From an uncultured Opitutaceae bacterium (GTDB lineage Bacteria > Verrucomicrobiota > Verrucomicrobiia > Opitutales > Opitutaceae), in the NCBI GenBank assembly GCA_964640465.1, contig CAZXHR010000002.1, positions 1 through 61,671 of the forward strand: 61,671 nucleotides of DNA, given 5' to 3'. This document shows, one piece after another, positions 58,013 through 61,671 of this stretch (position 1 is the stretch's first letter; the number at the start of each line of letters is the position of its first letter). The notes under the pieces were generated by a model. That model searched no databases, had not been told where the DNA came from, and was given only the letters and a program-made list of their open reading frames with translations. Made by a program: the position numbers and the translations under genes.

Positions 58013-59377
58013 TCAGACGCCGGGGACTTTCGGCAGTTCGGCGAGGGCTTCGTCGACTTGCGCGTGGCTGTACTCGTGATCGGCGAGCTTGCCGGCGCGG
58101 TAGTCCTGGTAGGCGGGCATGTCGAAGTAGCCGTGACCGGAGAGACCGAAGAGGATCGTCTCGGCCTTGTTCTCCCGCTTGCAGCGGAGGGCCTCGTCGA
58201 TGGCGCCCTTGATTGCGTGCGAGCTCTCGGGAGCAGGGAGGAGCCCTTCGGTCTGAGCGAAGGTCATCGCCGCCTCGAAGCAGCTCAGTTGCGGGTACGC
58301 GCGGGCCTCGATCTGGCCGAGGGACATGAGGTGCGAGACGATCGGGGACATGCCGTGGTAGCGCAGGCCGCCGGCATGGATGCCCTCGGGCACGAAGGTG
58401 TTGCCGAGGGTGTACATCTTCATGAGCGGCGTGAGGTGGGCGGTGTCGCCGAAGTCGTAGGTGAACTTGCCCTTCGTGAGCGAGGGGCAGGAGGCCGGTT
58501 CGACGGCGAGGACGCGGGTGGTGCGCTCGCCGCGGAGCTTCTTGCCGAGGAAGGGGAAGGTGAGGCCGGCGAAGTTGCTGCCGCCGCCCGCGCAGGCGAT
58601 GACGACATCGGGATAGTCGCCGGCGGCCTCCATCTGCTTGAGCGACTCCAGGCCGATGACGGTCTGGTGGAGGGCGACGTGGTTGAGGACGGAGCCCAGC
58701 GCGTACTTGGCATTCGGATCGCCGGCGGCGACCTCGACGGCTTCGGCGATGGCCATGCCCAGCGAGCCGGTGCAGTTCGGATCCTGGGCGAGGCCGGCGC
58801 GGCCGGCGGCGGTGGTGTTGGAGGGGCTGGCGATGACGTTGGCGCCCCAGGTCTCCATGAGCGCGCGACGGTACGGCTTCTGGCCGTAGCTCACCTTCAC
58901 CATGTAGATGAGAACCTCGATGCCGAAGAACGTGCCGGCGAGCGCGAGCGACGCGCCCCACTGGCCGGCGCCGGTCTCGGTGATGATGCGCTTCACGCCC
59001 TCGCGCTTGTTGTAGTAGGCCTGCGGGATGGCGGAGTTGGGCTTGTGGGAGCCGGCGGGGGAGACGCTCTCGTTCTTGAAGTAGATCTTGGCCGGCGTGC
59101 CGAGGAACTGCTCGAGGCGGCGGGCGCGGTGCAGCGGGGTGCAGCGCCACTGGCGGTAGATGTCGCGGACCGGCTCCGGAATCTGAATCCAGCGGTCGGT
59201 GGAGACCTCCTGCTCGATGACGGCCATCGGGAAGATGGGGGCGAGGTCCTGCGGGCCGATCGGCTTCATCGTGCCGGGGTGGATCACCGGCGGGAGCGGC
59301 ACGGGCAGGTCGGCCGCGATGTTGTACCACGCGGTCGGGATCTCGGTTTCGGGGAGCAGGTATTTGACGTTGTCCAT
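58013..59377 (-). CDS. trpB: TrpB-like PLP enzyme (tryptophan synthase beta, TrpB2 type)
   Basis: 454 aa with [13 protein letters not shown] (PLP lysine). The long N-terminal extension is typical of the TrpB2 subgroup. There is no adjacent trpA. Confidence 0.8.
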   Translation of the reverse strand: MDNVKYLLPETEIPTAWYNIAADLPVPLPPVIHPGTMKPIGPQDLAPIFPMAVIEQEVSTDRWIQIPEPVRDIYRQWRCTPLHRARRLEQFLGTPAKIYFKNESVSPAGSHKPNSAIPQAYYNKREGVKRIITETGAGQWGASLALAGTFFGIEVLIYMVKVSYGQKPYRRALMETWGANVIASPSNTTAAGRAGLAQDPNCTGSLGMAIAEAVEVAAGDPNAKYALGSVLNHVALHQTVIGLESLKQMEAAGDYPDVVIACAGGGSNFAGLTFPFLGKKLRGERTTRVLAVEPASCPSLTKGKFTYDFGDTAHLTPLMKMYTLGNTFVPEGIHAGGLRYHGMSPIVSHLMSLGQIEARAYPQLSCFEAAMTFAQTEGLLPAPESSHAIKGAIDEALRCKRENKAETILFGLSGHGYFDMPAYQDYRAGKLADHEYSHAQVDEALAELPKVPGV

Positions 59378-59613
59378 GAAAGTGTGGGGACGGGGCGCGC
59401 GGCCGGCGGGGTGTCGGGCGCGCGCGGAAAGGGCTTGGAAGCGGGAAAGCAGAGCGCGCCGCAGGCGACAGGGAAAGCGTTTTTTGTCGAGGGCCGCGTC
59501 GCGGGCGATGGTGAATGCGGCGTGCGGGCGGCGAATCCACGCCGCGCTTTCCCAGATTGGGATTGCCCCGCTCCGGGGCCGGCCGTTTCGTGGCCTCTCT
59601 TTTGTCCCTTATC

Positions 59614-61407
<1,794 letters not shown>

Positions 61408-61440
61408 GCCGATCGGCGACAAGACGTAGATCTGTTTGAA

Positions 61441-61472
61441 ACGAAGCCCGGAGCGAAAGCCCCGGGCTTCGT
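61441..61472 (+). terminator. hairpin 3' of aspS (terminator-like, no T-tract)
   Basis: ACGAAGCCCGG-loop-CCGGGCTTCGT, an 11-bp perfect stem. Confidence 0.45.
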
Positions 61473-61642
61473 CGCAGTTGCGCGTGGCGACGTCTTCCAT
61501 GAATGGTTCGCGACATACGGCCGGGATTACCGATCCTGTCTACAGTGGGTCGGCGGCGGAGCGTCGCGAGGAGCGCGATGAGGCGGAAGCCGAGCTGGAG
61601 CTTGGCGCACCCGTGAGGCGTGTTGCGGTGTGCGTGTCCGCC

Positions 61643-61670
61643 GTGGTGCCGTTCGCGAGAACGGCGAGGG
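61643..61670. repeat. 28-nt palindromic repeat, copy 2
   Basis: See 57839-57866. Confidence 0.7.
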
Positions 61671-61671
61671 C

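Overview
61.7 kb high-GC chromosomal window (GC judged by eye, not computed). Gene content suggests a Verrucomicrobia/Opitutae-type Gram-negative, which is inference only. Layout follows. (1) 1-19.1 kb: 18 genes in one uninterrupted minus-strand array. They are a yezD-like gene, an outer-membrane barrel, a NitT/TauT-type ABC importer, a complete corrinoid methyltransferase module (three Zn-type URO-D-family methyltransferases, a B12-binding protein, a RACE-type reductive activase and DUF1847), cystathionine beta-synthase and gamma-lyase, a second paralogous binding protein, metQNI and metY. This corrinoid system built into a Met/Cys operon is my top candidate for undescribed biology. (2) 19.1-28.2 kb: a decayed integrase remnant, then an 8.4 kb element integrated in tRNA-Asn(GTT) with 45-bp att repeats. 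Its architecture resembles a phage satellite (int, alpA-like, primase/rep-like with internal iterons, small-terminase-like). It carries an AT-richer cargo operon of two unknown membrane proteins next to an XRE regulator. (3) 28.6-43.4 kb: housekeeping genes (ROK kinase, response regulator, S41 protease, rhomboid, ferredoxin, fmt, LysM protein, parB, secG, aminotransferase, xylB). (4) 43.5-51.2 kb: an AT-richer accessory mosaic. It holds a minor-pseudopilin triad, a vat-type acetyltransferase fused at its start codon to an inverted-repeat-flanked RAYT (REP-associated tyrosine transposase) unit bracketed by about 110-bp direct repeats, a zinc-ribbon/RDD protein and a HEPN-like (Rx4H) protein. 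(5) 51.2-61.7 kb: clpB, a J-protein, grpE, htpG (interrupted by one in-frame TAG), trpB2 and aspS. Several families of short GC-rich REP-like repeats are scattered through the window. Two copies supply the stop codon of the upstream gene and one sits inside a coding tail. No rRNA or CRISPR array was seen. All functional calls rest on motif and family recognition by eye, because no searches could be run.
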